Shown piece after piece: positions 31,760 through 32,000 of a stretch of DNA of 32,000 bases (the first letter of the stretch is position 1; every line of letters starts with the position of its first letter). The stretch is from positions 1,830,001-1,862,000 of the forward strand of contig OW818653.1 in assembly GCA_942492995.1 (NCBI GenBank), given 5' to 3'. Position numbers and translations under genes: made by a program. This DNA comes from an uncultured Erysipelotrichaceae bacterium. GTDB lineage: Bacteria; Bacillota_I; Bacilli_A; Erysipelotrichales; Erysipelotrichaceae. A model generated the notes under the pieces. The model made no database searches. It was not told the origin of the DNA and worked only from the letters and a program-made list of their open reading frames with translations.

Positions 31760-32000
31760 TCAAATCTTCTGCTTGATTGGCGTTAAAGCGATAACCATCG
31801 TATGTGAGAGACGGTCTGGGATTGGACGTTTCTTGGATCCGAATAACAGAGGCCAATATCCTATCCCAAGCAAGGTCAATGAGATGATCTTCGTTATGTA
31901 GCGGATAATCAGGCGAAGCACGTCGACTTTGCCTTGTTTATCATCAAGGACTTTCATTGACATCATGCGTTTGCCAACAGTTCCCTTCCATGGACTGAGT
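31760..32000 (-). CDS. RDD-family membrane protein (5' end of the gene lies beyond the window end)
   Basis: The ORF-track piece starts at 31966, but the frame stays open to the window edge (...SPWKGTVGKRMMSMKVLDDKQG...). GKR-x-x-x-x-KV and the C-terminal RPIPDRLSHTMVI resemble the R..D..D landmarks of RDD domains. Confidence 0.6.
   Translation of the reverse strand, partial: LSPWKGTVGKRMMSMKVLDDKQGKVDVLRLIIRYITKIISLTLLGIGYWPLLFGSKKRPIPDRLSHTMVIALTPIKQKI

Noticed and set aside
1-32000. CRISPR arrays, rRNA genes, long direct or inverted repeats, and clustered defence genes (restriction-modification, abortive infection, CBASS, retron-like)
   Set aside because: Reading both strands by eye, I found no regularly spaced repeats. 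I found no nuclease, methylase, reverse-transcriptase or cyclase-like ORFs. No multi-gene cluster is made up of genes that all lack a recognisable family. Every ORF over 100 aa except two small membrane proteins has a plausible housekeeping or accessory metabolic assignment.

Overview
AT-rich chromosomal segment from a low-GC Gram-positive (Bacillota-like) bacterium. Supporting signs are lipobox lipoproteins, AGGAG-type Shine-Dalgarno sites, occasional TTG/GTG starts, many Rho-independent terminators, and genetic code 11 with TGA used as a stop. I see about 45 genes, four tRNAs, no rRNA, no CRISPR array and no intact mobile element. The dominant feature is a nine-gene, translationally coupled nucleoside uptake and catabolism operon (2448-12614). 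It encodes a BMP lipoprotein, an ABC ATPase, two permeases, two tandem nucleoside hydrolases, an MtaD-like deaminase, an ADP-ribosylglycohydrolase-family protein with an unassigned N-terminal domain, and ribokinase. A strong promoter and a near-consensus cre site precede it. The other units are: an M20 amidohydrolase followed by a partial GntR regulator gene; a TetR operon with two palindromic operators; and an ECF sigma/anti-sigma pair. There is also a lipoprotein metallophosphoesterase, a YtrA-type GntR-ABC operon divergent from an orphan PTS EIIA(Glc), and VOC and rhodanese genes. Next come a catalytically dead IS200/Y1-transposase-like protein with a C-terminal HTH, then a split AhpF-like reductase with a double-thioredoxin-fold partner. 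The window continues with an aldo/keto reductase, an esterase, a cluster of minor tRNAs (Val-GAC, Arg-CCG, Ala-GGC) and a CDF transporter with an apparently duplicated cytoplasmic domain. It ends with a PadR/DUF2812 pair, an Lsa-type ABC-F ribosome-protection gene with a structured leader, an SDR epimerase/dehydratase gene broken by one in-frame TGA, a PPC/DUF296 gene, tRNA-Thr(CGU) and a partial RDD gene. I found no recognisable phage-defence or toxin system. The most unusual items are the ARH-family enzyme inside the nucleoside operon, the dead transposase-HTH protein upstream of the split AhpF pair, and the single-codon interruption of the SDR gene. All functional calls come from motifs read by eye and from recalled family signatures. 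No database search was run.
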